DNA of 64,000 nt from an uncultured Gemmatimonadota bacterium (GTDB lineage: Bacteria; Gemmatimonadota; Gemmatimonadetes; Palauibacterales; Palauibacteraceae): NCBI GenBank assembly GCA_964510615.1, contig CAZEBA010000007.1:33817-97816 (forward strand), given 5' to 3'. Every line of letters begins with the position of its first letter. Within the stretch, counting starts at the first letter, position 1. Below are positions 28,239 through 37,606 of the stretch, piece by piece. The notes beneath the pieces were generated by a model, which was given only the letters and a program-made list of their open reading frames with translations, was not told the origin of the DNA and did not search any database. The translations under genes and the position numbers were made by a program.

Positions 28239-30399
28239 GCCCTGCGGGCCTGCCGCGGCGGCGATCGTGCGCCTTCGGCTGGCGCTGGCCGGAGTCGCCG
28301 CCGTCGGCCTGAGCGGGCTCGCCGCGGCGCGGGCGGACGCCCAGGCACCCGAGGCTCCCGTTCCACCGGTGGCCGAGGTGGTGCCGACGCGTCTGGAGGT
28401 GCACGGGCACGTCCGCCTCGACGACTACTACTGGCTCAACCGGAGGGACGACCCGGCCGTTCTCGCCTATCTGGAGGCGGAGAACGCCTACACGGATGCT
28501 GTGCTGGCGCACACGGCGGGCCTGCGGCAGGCGCTGTTCGACGAGATCAAGGGCCGCATCAAGCAGACCGACCTATCGGTTCCGTACCGGGAGGGAGGCT
28601 ACTACTACTACCGCCGGACCGTGGACGGCCAGCAGTATCCGATCTTCGCCCGGAAGCCGGGGTCTCTCGAAGCTCCCGAGCAGGTGATGCTGGATGTGAA
28701 CGCGCTGGCCGAAGGCCACGACTTCTACGCGGCCGCCGGCCTTCGCGTGAGCTCGGACGAGAGCGTTCTGTTGTTCGCCGAGGATACCGTGGGGCGGCGG
28801 CTCTACACTCTCCGCTTCCTCGACCTCGAAACGGGCGAGTTCCTCGAGGAGGAGATTGCCGGCACGTCGGGAGGGAGCGCCTGGGCCGAGGACGGCCGCA
28901 CCCTCTTCTACGTGATGCGGGATCCGGAGACGCTGCGAGCCTACCGGGTCTTCCGACACGTGCTGGGAACGGATCCGGCCACCGACGAACTGGTTTACGA
29001 GGAAAAGGATGCGGAGTTCTCCTGCTACGTGTGGAAGACGAGGTCGCGGCGCTTCGTCGTCATCTCCTGCGACCACACGCTGACGGACGAGCATCGGTAC
29101 GTCGATGCGTCGAGGCCCGACGAGGATTTCCGCCTGTTCCTGCCGCGCGAAATGGGGCACGAGCACGAGATCGACCATCGCGGCGAGTACCTCTACATCC
29201 GGACGAACGACGGAGCCCGCAACTTCCGCCTCATGAGGACCCCGGTCGGGCGGACCGACCGCGCGAGCTGGGAGGTGGTGATCGAGGGTCGGGACGACGT
29301 GCTGGTGGAGGGGTTCGAGGTCTTCCGGGATAACCTCGTCGTGGTCGAGCGTCGGGATGGCCTGCGGGAGCTGCGGATCGAGCCCTGGGACGGGGGAGAG
29401 GGACACACGGTCGATCTCGGGGAGCCGGACTATCTCGTCTGGGTGCACGACAACCCCGAGATGGATACGCAGATCCTTCGCTTCGGCTTCGAGTCGATGA
29501 AGACGCCCGAATCGGTGTTCGACTACGACATGCGAACCCGGGAGCGACGCCTGCTCAAGCAGGAGGAAGTGCTCGGGGGCTACGACCCCCGGGACTACGT
29601 GACCGAGCGGCTGTACGCGCCGGCGCGGGACGGCGTGCGGGTGCCGATCTCGCTCGTCTACCGGGCGGGTCCCGCGCCGGAGGGCGGACGGCCCCTGGTC
29701 CTGTACGGCTACGGATCCTACGGGGCGAGCATCGATGCCTCGTTCGCCTCGTCCAGGCTCAGCCTGCTCGACCGGGGGTTCGTGTATGCCATCGCCCACA
29801 TTCGGGGTGGCCAGGAGCTGGGGCGCGCCTGGTACGAGGATGGCAAGCTCCTGCACAAGCGGAACACGTTCACCGACTTTATCGATGCGGCCGAGTACCT
29901 GATCGCGGCGGGCTACACGAGTCCCGATCGGCTCTTCGCCCGGGGAGGAAGCGCCGGCGGCCTCCTGATCGGCGCCGTGGTGAACATGCGTCCGGATCTG
30001 TGGAAGGGGGCCGTGGCGCGCGTCCCGTTCGTCGACGTGCTGACGACGATGCTGGATGAGTCGATCCCGCTGACGACGTTCGAGTACGATGAGTGGGGCG
30101 ATCCCCGCGAGCGAGCGTACTACGAGTACATCCTCTCGTACTCTCCGTACGACAACGTCGAGGCGAAGACATATCCGAGCATGCTGGTCACCACGGGGCT
30201 GCACGACTCCCAGGTCCAGTTCTGGGAGCCGGCGAAGTGGGTGGCCAAGCTGCGGGCGCGAAAGACCGACGACCACGTGCTGCTCCTGAAGACCGACCTG
30301 GAGGCCGGCCACGGCGGACCGTCGGGGCGGTACCGCCAGTACGAGGAGCTGGCGCTGGAGTACGCCTTCCTTCTCGATCTCCTGGGGATCGACCGATAA
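28210..30399 (+). CDS. ptrB: oligopeptidase B (S9A prolyl-oligopeptidase family), secreted
   Basis: N-terminal beta-propeller, then peptidase domain with GGSAGGLL (Ser nucleophile) and ...GLHDSQV... / ...EAGHGG... catalytic residues. Probable true start is GTG 28267 (signal peptide VRLRLALAGVAAVGLSGLAAARADA), just after the gdhA stop. Confidence 0.85.
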   Translation: MRCWPTARSRPCGPAAAAIVRLRLALAGVAAVGLSGLAAARADAQAPEAPVPPVAEVVPTRLEVHGHVRLDDYYWLNRRDDPAVLAYLEAENAYTDAVLAHTAGLRQALFDEIKGRIKQTDLSVPYREGGYYYYRRTVDGQQYPIFARKPGSLEAPEQVMLDVNALAEGHDFYAAAGLRVSSDESVLLFAEDTVGRRLYTLRFLDLETGEFLEEEIAGTSGGSAWAEDGRTLFYVMRDPETLRAYRVFRHVLGTDPATDELVYEEKDAEFSCYVWKTRSRRFVVISCDHTLTDEHRYVDASRPDEDFRLFLPREMGHEHEIDHRGEYLYIRTNDGARNFRLMRTPVGRTDRASWEVVIEGRDDVLVEGFEVFRDNLVVVERRDGLRELRIEPWDGGEGHTVDLGEPDYLVWVHDNPEMDTQILRFGFESMKTPESVFDYDMRTRERRLLKQEEVLGGYDPRDYVTERLYAPARDGVRVPISLVYRAGPAPEGGRPLVLYGYGSYGASIDASFASSRLSLLDRGFVYAIAHIRGGQELGRAWYEDGKLLHKRNTFTDFIDAAEYLIAAGYTSPDRLFARGGSAGGLLIGAVVNMRPDLWKGAVARVPFVDVLTTMLDESIPLTTFEYDEWGDPRERAYYEYILSYSPYDNVEAKTYPSMLVTTGLHDSQVQFWEPAKWVAKLRARKTDDHVLLLKTDLEAGHGGPSGRYRQYEELALEYAFLLDLLGIDR

Positions 30400-30427
30400 T
30401 CGCTGCTGCCTCCCGCCGATTCTCGTC

Positions 30428-31396
30428 TTGACGCGGATCGTGGTCTTCGGCGCCGGAGCGGTCGGCGGCTACTTCGGCGGTCGCCTGGCCCAGGCCGGCC
30501 AGGATGTCGCCTTCGTCGCACGCGGCGCCCACCTGGAGGCTCTGCGTAGGCGCGGTCTGCACGTCGAGAGCGTGGCCGGAGACTTCCGGTTGCCCAAGCT
30601 CACGGCGACGGATGATGCCCGGACCCTCGGCCAGGCCGAGCTGGTGATCGTCGCCACCAAGGCCTGGCAGCTGCCGGACGCCATCCCCTCGCTCGAGCCC
30701 TTGATGGCAAGCGACACGGTGGTGATCCCGCTGTTGAACGGCGTGGAGGCGCCGGACCTGCTCGCCGCCGCCCTCGGGAGGGAGCATGTCCTGGGCGGCC
30801 TCTGTCGGATCATGAGCTTCCTGGCCGAGCCCGGTCTCATCCGGCACGTCGGCGCCGATCCGGTGCTGACGTTCGGCGAGCTCGACGGTGGCGAGTCCGC
30901 GCGGAGCCGCCGGATCCTGGCCGTACTGGAGGGGGCGGAAGGCATGCGCGCGGAGCTGGCGATGGATATCCGGGTCGAGCTCTGGCGGAAGCTCCAGATG
31001 ATGGCGGCGACGAGCGGGGTGGGGGCCGTCGCCCGGGAGCCGTTGGGCGTGCTTCGCGAGCTTCCGGAGACCCGTGGCCTGCTGCGAGCCTGTATGGATG
31101 AAGTGCGGGCGGTGGCCGTCGCGCGCGGCGTGGCGCTCGGCGAGCAGGAGGCGGAACGCACCATGGCGTTTCTGGACCGACTCCCGAAAGACGGGGTCGC
31201 ATCGCTCCACCGGGACGTGGCTGCAGGACGGCCTTCGGAGCTCGACGCGCAGCTCGGGGCGGTCGTCCGCCTGGGAAGCGAAGCCGGCGTCGACACGCCG
31301 GTCTGCCGCACGCTGTACGCCGTGCTGCTTCCCGCCGAGCGGAGGGCCCGCGAGGCAGTCGGCGGCAAGGCGGTACGGAACGTCTCACCCGATTAG
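30428..31396 (+). CDS. panE: 2-dehydropantoate 2-reductase (ApbA/PanE family)
   Basis: TTG start. MTRIVVFGAGAVGGYFGGRLAQAGQDVAFVARGAHLEAL... Rossmann fold plus PanE C-terminal domain pattern. Confidence 0.75.
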   Translation: MTRIVVFGAGAVGGYFGGRLAQAGQDVAFVARGAHLEALRRRGLHVESVAGDFRLPKLTATDDARTLGQAELVIVATKAWQLPDAIPSLEPLMASDTVVIPLLNGVEAPDLLAAALGREHVLGGLCRIMSFLAEPGLIRHVGADPVLTFGELDGGESARSRRILAVLEGAEGMRAELAMDIRVELWRKLQMMAATSGVGAVAREPLGVLRELPETRGLLRACMDEVRAVAVARGVALGEQEAERTMAFLDRLPKDGVASLHRDVAAGRPSELDAQLGAVVRLGSEAGVDTPVCRTLYAVLLPAERRAREAVGGKAVRNVSPD

Positions 31397-31439
31397 ATTC
31401 GACGCTCGGGAGGTTTCGGCCGAGGAACGGTAGGGTGGG

Positions 31440-32444
31440 ATGGAACCGATAGCCGGCACGCGTCGTTGCAGGAAGCCCGGGCGGGTGGCCCGTCTCTTCC
31501 GGCTAACCCGTCTCGTCCGGGTGGCCCCTCCCGTACGGGGAGCCGTCATGGCGGTCGGCGCGGCCACGCTCATCGCTCCGTTGGCCGGTTGCGGGGTGAT
31601 CAACCGGATGGCGGCCGGCAGCGTGGCGGGCATGATGGAGGCCACCGCCGACGTCTGGGCGTCGGGGGATGACCCCGAGTTCGTCTGCGAGTCGATCCCG
31701 TTCGCGCTATCCACCGTCGAAGGGCTGCTGACGGAGCAACCCCGCAGCGAGCGCCTGCTGCTGTCGGCGACTCAGGGATTCACCCAGTACGCGTACGTCT
31801 GCGTCGAAACCGATGCCATCGTGATGGAGGACGAGGACTACGAACGCTCGAAGGAGCAGATGGAGCGAGCGCTCAGCCTCTTCCTTCGAGCCAAGGCCTA
31901 CGGCGTGCGTGGCCTCGAGCTCCGCCATCCCGGCCTGGAGGCCGGCCTGGTCGCCGATCCCGACAGCGCCGTTCGGGAGATCAGCGATGAGGACCTGCCG
32001 CTCCTGTATTGGACGGCGGCTTCGTGGGGGGCTGCGATCTCACGGGGGAGGGACCGTCCCGACCTGATCGCCGACCTGCCGGCCGTTATCGCCATGATGG
32101 AGCGGGTGCTGCAGCTCGACGAGGACTACGGAGACGGGGCGATCCACGACGTGTTCGTCATGCTGCGGGGCCTGCCGCGGAGCATGGGGGGGTCGCCCGA
32201 GGAAGCGCGAGCTCACTTCGAGCGCGCCCTGGAGCTGAACGGTGGTCGGCTCGCCGGCACCTATGCCACCTACGCGACCAGCGTGATGCTGCCCGAGCAG
32301 AGGAGGGCGGAGTTCGAGCAGCTGATGTCGAAGGCGCTCGCGGTGGACCCCGACGCGGAGCCGGATTACCGGCTGCAGAACCTGATCGCCCAGAAGCGCG
32401 CCCGTTACCTGCTCGAGCACATCGACGACTACTTTATCGAGTGA
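31440..32444 (+). CDS. TatT-like TPR lipoprotein accessory component of a TPAT-type TRAP transporter
   Basis: Lipobox LAGCG, then an all-helical TPR-like protein. Immediately followed (TGATG overlap) by the DctP and DctQM genes. Sequence pattern matches the TRAP-associated TatT family. Confidence 0.65.
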   Translation: MEPIAGTRRCRKPGRVARLFRLTRLVRVAPPVRGAVMAVGAATLIAPLAGCGVINRMAAGSVAGMMEATADVWASGDDPEFVCESIPFALSTVEGLLTEQPRSERLLLSATQGFTQYAYVCVETDAIVMEDEDYERSKEQMERALSLFLRAKAYGVRGLELRHPGLEAGLVADPDSAVREISDEDLPLLYWTAASWGAAISRGRDRPDLIADLPAVIAMMERVLQLDEDYGDGAIHDVFVMLRGLPRSMGGSPEEARAHFERALELNGGRLAGTYATYATSVMLPEQRRAEFEQLMSKALAVDPDAEPDYRLQNLIAQKRARYLLEHIDDYFIE

Positions 32445-33502
32445 TGAGGATGGGAAGGGAGAGACACCGGCGGATTGGGATCGCCCTTGCGGCCGCGGCA
32501 GCCGTCACGTCCCTGCTGCCCGCCCAAGCAGCCGGTCAGCAGTCCCGGATCAAGCTGGCCACGCTGGCGCCCGACGGCTCGCCCTGGCACCGCATCCTCG
32601 AGGACATGGGCCACGAGTGGCGGCAGGCATCCGGCGGTAGGGTCCAGCTGGTGATATACCCCGGTGGGGTGGCGGGGGACGACCGGGCCACGCTGCGGAA
32701 GATCCGGCACGGGCAGCTCCAGGGTGCGACGTTGACCGTCAGCGGCCTGGCGGAGCTGGATCCGGCGTTCAACGTGTTTCAGATCCCCCTCTTCTTCGAG
32801 TCGATCGAGGAGTTCTTCTACGTGCTCGACCGCCTGACACCGCTGCTGACTGAGCGTCTCGAGGCGCAGGACCTGGTGGTGTTGCACTGGGGGTACGGTG
32901 GCTGGCTGCACTTCTTCTCGAAGACGCCGACCCGGACAGTGTCGGACCTCAAGCGCCTGAAGATGTACGCCGGGGCCGGCGACGATCGGCTGGTGAGGCT
33001 CTGGCGCCAGAACGGCTACAATCCGGTCGTGCTCTCGGCCACGGATATCATGGTCGGGCTGCAGAGCGGGATGATCGACGGGTTGCCGGCTCCGCCGCTG
33101 GGAGCCCTCGCGTTTCAATGGTATCGGCACACCCCGTACATGCTGGATCCGGGCTTCGCTCCCCTCATCGGGGCCACGGTGATCGATCGCGGGGCGTGGG
33201 CGAAGCTCTCCGACGCGGATCACCAGGCCCTTCTGGTGTCGGCGGGCCGGGCGGGCGAGCGGCTCGCGGCGGAGATCCCGCAGAAGGACCGGGAATCGCT
33301 GTCGGAGATGATCATGCGCGGCCTTCAGGTGATCCACGTGGAGCTCGGCGGGGCGGGCGACCCGTGGCGAGCGGCCGCCGAGGCCTTCGCCGAGAGCTTC
33401 CGCGCCACCATGGTGCCGGACGACGTCCTGGATCTCGCGCTGAGGTATCGCGCGGAGTACCGGCGGGGAAGCCCGGCCGCGGCTTCGGGCTCACGCCCCT
33501 GA
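32444..33502 (+). CDS. TRAP transporter substrate-binding protein (DctP/TatP-like)
   Basis: MRMGRERHRRIGIALAAAAAVTSLLPAQAAGQQSRIKLATLAPDGSPWHRILEDM... has the DctP family pattern. Start overlaps the TatT stop. The 145 Arg/Gly-rich N-terminal codons of the track ORF (32009) are excluded. Confidence 0.8.
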   Translation: MRMGRERHRRIGIALAAAAAVTSLLPAQAAGQQSRIKLATLAPDGSPWHRILEDMGHEWRQASGGRVQLVIYPGGVAGDDRATLRKIRHGQLQGATLTVSGLAELDPAFNVFQIPLFFESIEEFFYVLDRLTPLLTERLEAQDLVVLHWGYGGWLHFFSKTPTRTVSDLKRLKMYAGAGDDRLVRLWRQNGYNPVVLSATDIMVGLQSGMIDGLPAPPLGALAFQWYRHTPYMLDPGFAPLIGATVIDRGAWAKLSDADHQALLVSAGRAGERLAAEIPQKDRESLSEMIMRGLQVIHVELGGAGDPWRAAAEAFAESFRATMVPDDVLDLALRYRAEYRRGSPAAASGSRP

Positions 33503-33545
33503 TCCTGGATCGGGTCGACAAGTCGCTGCCGCCGGGGCCCGACGC

Positions 33546-35339
33546 GTGAGAATCTTTCGCAGGGCAGAAGACGCGGTCGCCAGCCTCGCCCTGGCAGCGA
33601 TGGTCGTGCTGCCGCTCCTCGAGATCCCGCTTCGCAAGGTCGGAACGGGCATCCCCGGCGCGATCTCGGTCGAGCGGCACCTGACGCTCTGGGTGGCCTT
33701 CCTCGGCGCCGCGATCGCGGCGCGCGAGGGCCGGCTCCTCTCGTTGGCCACCGGGCAGCTCCTCCCGGATGGCAAGCTGCGCACGGCGGGCAGCCGGCTG
33801 GCCTCGGCCGTCGCCGCCGGGGTGTGTGCGCTCCTCTTCCGGGCCGGCATCGATCTCGTGCGGGAGGAGATGGCTGCCGGCACGATGATTACCGAGAAGA
33901 TCCCGGTCTGGGCGGCGCAGGCCGTGATGCCGGTCGCGTTCCTGTTCATCGGCCTCCGGCTGGTGGGGCGTTCGGCCGACACCTGGAGGGGGCGGTCGGC
34001 GGCGATCGTCGGCATTGCCGCCGGTCTGGCGCTCGCCCAGGCCCCAGGTCTGCTCGATGCCCCACCGAGCTGGCCGGGCGTCCTGCTCGTGTTGGTCGCC
34101 ACTCTGCTCGGGGGGCCGATCTTCGCGGCGCTCGGCGGCATCGCCGCGTTGCTGTTCATGGCCGAGGGCGTGCCGCCCGTCGCGGTGCTGATCGAAACGT
34201 ACGGACTCTCGATCAACCCGACGTTGGCGGCGATCCCGCTGTTCACCCTGGTCGGTTTCTTCCTGGCGGAGGGGCGGGCATCCTCGCGCCTTCTCGATCT
34301 GTTTCACGCCCTCGTCGGTTGGGCGCCCGGTGGGACCGCCGTGGTATGCGCGTTCGTCTGCGCGTTCTTCACCGTCTTCAGTGGAGGGTCGGGGGTCACC
34401 ATTCTCGCCCTCGGAGCGCTCCTCTTCCAGGTGTTGCAGGAGGACCGTTACCGCGAGCGCTTCTCGCTCGGTTTGCTCACCGCCTCCGGTTCCCTCGGCC
34501 TCCTCCTGCCGCCGGCGCTACCGCTCATCCTGTACGGGATCGTCGCCGGCGTGCCGATCGAGGATCTGTTCATCGGCGGAATCGTCCCGGGCCTGCTGCT
34601 GGTGTCGCTGGTCGCCGCCGCGGGGGTTCGGGAAGGGGTGAGAAGCGGCGTCCAACGGAGGCCATTCGACGGTCGTCGACTGCGTGCCGCCGTGTGGCAG
34701 GCCAAGTGGGAGCTGCTGCTGCCGGTGCTCGTCCTGTTCGTGATCTTCCGGGGGATCGCTACGCTGGTGGAGGCCGCCGCCCTGGCGGCGCTGTACGCCT
34801 TCGTCATCCAGTGCTTCGTCCACCGGGACGTGTCTCTCGGCAACGACCTGGCGCGGGTGTTCCGCCAATGCCTGGTGCTCATCGGCGGCGTGCTGCTGAT
34901 CCTCGGGATGGCGATGGGCTTCAGCAGCTACATGGTCGATGCGATGATCCCGGCGCGGGCCCTCGACTGGGTGCAGAGCCATATCGACTCCCGGATCGTC
35001 TTTCTGCTCTGCCTCAACGTGTTCCTTCTGCTGGTGGGAGCGGTGATGGACATCTTCTCGGCCACCGTGGTGGTCGTTCCGCTCATCGTCCCGCTCGGGC
35101 TGGCGTTCGGGGTCCACCCGATCCACCTGGGGATCATCTTCGTGGCCAACCTGGAGCTCGGATACCTGACCCCTCCGGTGGGCCTCAACCTGTTTCTCGC
35201 CTCCTACCGGTTCGAGCGACCGCTCCTGCAGCTGTACCGCGCCTCCTTACCCTTCCTGCTGATCCTCGGCCTCGGCGTCCTGCTGATCACCTATGTCCCG
35301 CTGCTCACGACGGGCCTGCTGGCGGTGTTCGGTCGCTAG
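33546..35339 (+). CDS. TRAP transporter fused small/large permease (DctQM)
   Basis: 597 aa, about 16 TM helices. GTG start. N-terminal DctQ-like 4-TM region followed by a DctM-like domain. Confidence 0.8.
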   Translation: MRIFRRAEDAVASLALAAMVVLPLLEIPLRKVGTGIPGAISVERHLTLWVAFLGAAIAAREGRLLSLATGQLLPDGKLRTAGSRLASAVAAGVCALLFRAGIDLVREEMAAGTMITEKIPVWAAQAVMPVAFLFIGLRLVGRSADTWRGRSAAIVGIAAGLALAQAPGLLDAPPSWPGVLLVLVATLLGGPIFAALGGIAALLFMAEGVPPVAVLIETYGLSINPTLAAIPLFTLVGFFLAEGRASSRLLDLFHALVGWAPGGTAVVCAFVCAFFTVFSGGSGVTILALGALLFQVLQEDRYRERFSLGLLTASGSLGLLLPPALPLILYGIVAGVPIEDLFIGGIVPGLLLVSLVAAAGVREGVRSGVQRRPFDGRRLRAAVWQAKWELLLPVLVLFVIFRGIATLVEAAALAALYAFVIQCFVHRDVSLGNDLARVFRQCLVLIGGVLLILGMAMGFSSYMVDAMIPARALDWVQSHIDSRIVFLLCLNVFLLLVGAVMDIFSATVVVVPLIVPLGLAFGVHPIHLGIIFVANLELGYLTPPVGLNLFLASYRFERPLLQLYRASLPFLLILGLGVLLITYVPLLTTGLLAVFGR

Positions 35340-35981
35340 CCGGCCGAGATAGACCTCGGTTTCGTACTCCAGCCGCACCCGGCCACGGTGCTGATGACGC
35401 CGGAAGACGGCCGCAGCGGCCTCCAGCAGAGCGGCCCGCGCCGGGTCAGCCTCGGCCGGCGTGTAGGAGGACGACAGGAGCCTTCCGCGCAGTCCTTGAA
35501 GATCGAGGGATTGCTCGTTGCCCAGCACGTGTCGGCTGTAGCCACCTGGGAAAAGGTCGGCGATCAGCGCGTCCCGTTGCCGGTCGTGGCGTACCCGCTC
35601 GTAGTCCGTGCCGTGTTCGATCAGGAGCTCCTCGTAAGCCCGCAAGAACGGGCTGCCCTCGAGCAGGCGCGTGTTCCAGAACAGCGCCACCGGGGCGGGA
35701 GAGCGCAGGATCCTTTCGAACTCGAGCCGAGCAGCGTGCGGATCGAACCAGTGAAACGCCTGTCCGGCCACGACCAGGTCGACACTCGCCGCCGGAAGGG
35801 TGGTCGCTTCGGCTCGGCCCTCCACCAACCGGCACACGTGGTCACGCAAGAGCCTCTCGGCCTCGCGGCGCATGCGGGCGTTCGGCTCCACGCCGATCAC
35901 CCGGCAGCCGAGGGCCAGAAACGGCTCGGCGGACAGGCCGGTTCCGCATCCGATGTCGGCGACCTCCCAATCGGGCGACAA
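35247..35981 (-). CDS. class I SAM-dependent methyltransferase; N-terminus probably extends upstream of the tracked TTG start
   Basis: DIGCGTGLSAEPFLALGCRVIGVEPNARM... SAM-binding motif I. In-frame upstream codons encode ...RVADYARYRPRYPSGLIPLLQAELGL... (typical methyltransferase N-terminus) with no canonical start before an in-frame stop. The 3' end overlaps the DctQM 3' end by 93 nt. Confidence 0.65.
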   Translation of the reverse strand: MSPDWEVADIGCGTGLSAEPFLALGCRVIGVEPNARMRREAERLLRDHVCRLVEGRAEATTLPAASVDLVVAGQAFHWFDPHAARLEFERILRSPAPVALFWNTRLLEGSPFLRAYEELLIEHGTDYERVRHDRQRDALIADLFPGGYSRHVLGNEQSLDLQGLRGRLLSSSYTPAEADPARAALLEAAAAVFRRHQHRGRVRLEYETEVYLGRLATEHRQQARREQRDIGDQQDAEAEDQQEG

Positions 35982-36150
35982 GCCGAGCTCGGCTTGGAGG
36001 AGCGGAATGAGGCCCGAGGGGTAGCGCGGCCGATAGCGGGCGTAGTCGGCGACGCGTCCCGAGAACCTGCCTGTCGGATCGACGCGGTGATTCGGGCTCA
36101 GCCGACGCGCCGCTTCCTCGCCCGGGCGTGCGGACGGCGGCGCGCGGCCC

Positions 36151-37563
36151 TCACGGTGCGGGCGATTCGCGGGTCGGCTCTTGCGGCTGCTCCGCCTTCC
36201 AGCGCATCGCCATCAGGATCCGGTTCCTGGCGCTCGGGTGATCGTAGAACAGGATCTCCTCGAGGGGGCCCGGATCCACCTTGCGGTACTCTCCGAGCTT
36301 CATGATGATCGTCGAGAAGCCGTCCGGCTGCCGGGCCGCGTTGAGGCCGTAGATGTCGGCCTCCACCTCGTTCGAGCGGATGAAGCTGTTGGTGAGCGGA
36401 GTGAGCGCCGCCGCGTAGAGCGAGAACAGGAAGAGGAAGAGCGGAAGTCCGGCGACATCTCCTACGTCGCGCACCCTCCAGCGCGAGCCCCAGCGCGTCA
36501 ACGCCCCGTCGAAGCCCCAGCGGACGAAGGCAAAGCCGACGACCAGCACCACGGCGAAGAAGAGGAAGTACTCCCACGCCGCGTTCAGCGCGAAGTGGCC
36601 GATCTCGTGCGCCATCACCGCCTCGATCTCCTCCTCGGTCCCGCGCTCGAGCAGGTTGTCGTTGAGCGAGATCCGTGTGGTGCCGAGAAACCCGCTGACG
36701 TTGGCGCTGATCTTGGTCGTCCGCTTGGAGGCGTCGTACTGATACACCTCATCGGCGGGAACCCTGTTGGCGCGGGCCATCGCCAGGACCCTGTCCTTGA
36801 GCGCCCCCTCGCTGAGCGGCTCGTAGCGGTTGAACAAGGGCGCCAGGAAGACCGGCGAGATGAAGGTAAGGACGGCCAGGAAGCCGATACTGGCGACGGC
36901 GCCCCAGATCCACCACGTGCGGCGTGCGCGCCGGATCACGCCATACAGGACCACCAGCAGGAGGCTCGTGACGACGAGCGCGATGGCCAGGACGAGCAAA
37001 CGGTCCGAGACGTAGCCTCCGAGGCTCCGGGTCGAGAAGCCGTACCGGTGCTCGCGGATGAAACCCGAGTACACCGACGCCGGCAGCAGCAGAACCGTGG
37101 TGACCAGGACGTACTGCACGCCGTAGAGGGCCGTCTGGAGCGGCTTCTTCGAGCTGATTCGCTCCGCCCGGTCCCGCAGGCTGGCCGACAGGCCCGTGTT
37201 CAGCAGGAAGTAGAAGACCGCGAGCGCGTAGAGCAGGCCGATCAGGTCCAGCCAGTAGCCGCCCTCGGTGTACTCCTTCGATTTGGTTCTCGTCTCCTCG
37301 TCCAGGGTCGCGAGATAAGCCTCCGTGGCCGCCTCGGGGTCGAAGCTCTGCGGAGAACCGGCACGGGCCGTGGGCGAGCCGGGACTTGCCGGGGGTGTCC
37401 GATGCGCGAGGGACGCGGGCTCATCCGCCGGGGACGCGGGCGCATCCGCGAAGGAAGCAGGCACATCCGCTGCCGCGCTCTCGGCCATCGCCCTCGCGGC
37501 CGCCGCGCGCGGCGTGGCGGCGCTCGTCAGCGCCCAGAAGGCCGCGGCGCTCGCCAGCGCCAA
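36151..37563 (-). CDS. M48-family zinc metalloprotease (HtpX/Ste24-like) with signal peptide and Ala/Asp/Pro-rich linker
   Basis: HEIGH zinc motif (VMAHEIGHFALN) in a multi-TM context. Proposed TTG start at 37563 gives the signal LALASAAAFWALTSAATPRAAAARA. The track ORF to 37755 adds Arg/Ser-rich codons antisense to the neighbouring gene. Confidence 0.75.
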   Translation of the reverse strand: MALASAAAFWALTSAATPRAAAARAMAESAAADVPASFADAPASPADEPASLAHRTPPASPGSPTARAGSPQSFDPEAATEAYLATLDEETRTKSKEYTEGGYWLDLIGLLYALAVFYFLLNTGLSASLRDRAERISSKKPLQTALYGVQYVLVTTVLLLPASVYSGFIREHRYGFSTRSLGGYVSDRLLVLAIALVVTSLLLVVLYGVIRRARRTWWIWGAVASIGFLAVLTFISPVFLAPLFNRYEPLSEGALKDRVLAMARANRVPADEVYQYDASKRTTKISANVSGFLGTTRISLNDNLLERGTEEEIEAVMAHEIGHFALNAAWEYFLFFAVVLVVGFAFVRWGFDGALTRWGSRWRVRDVGDVAGLPLFLFLFSLYAAALTPLTNSFIRSNEVEADIYGLNAARQPDGFSTIIMKLGEYRKVDPGPLEEILFYDHPSARNRILMAMRWKAEQPQEPTRESPAP

Positions 37564-37606
37564 GCCCGCCCATCGGCATCGACCACAGCCCCCGGCCCGC
37601 ACCTGC

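Noticed and set aside
28210-28266. ATG 28210 as oligopeptidase B start (overlapping the gdhA 3' end)
   Set aside because: Adds a Cys/Arg/Pro-rich leader (MRCWPTARSRPCGPAAAAI) overlapping gdhA. GTG 28267 gives a clean signal peptide, so the feature is reported with the ORF-track coordinates and the start is flagged in the evidence.
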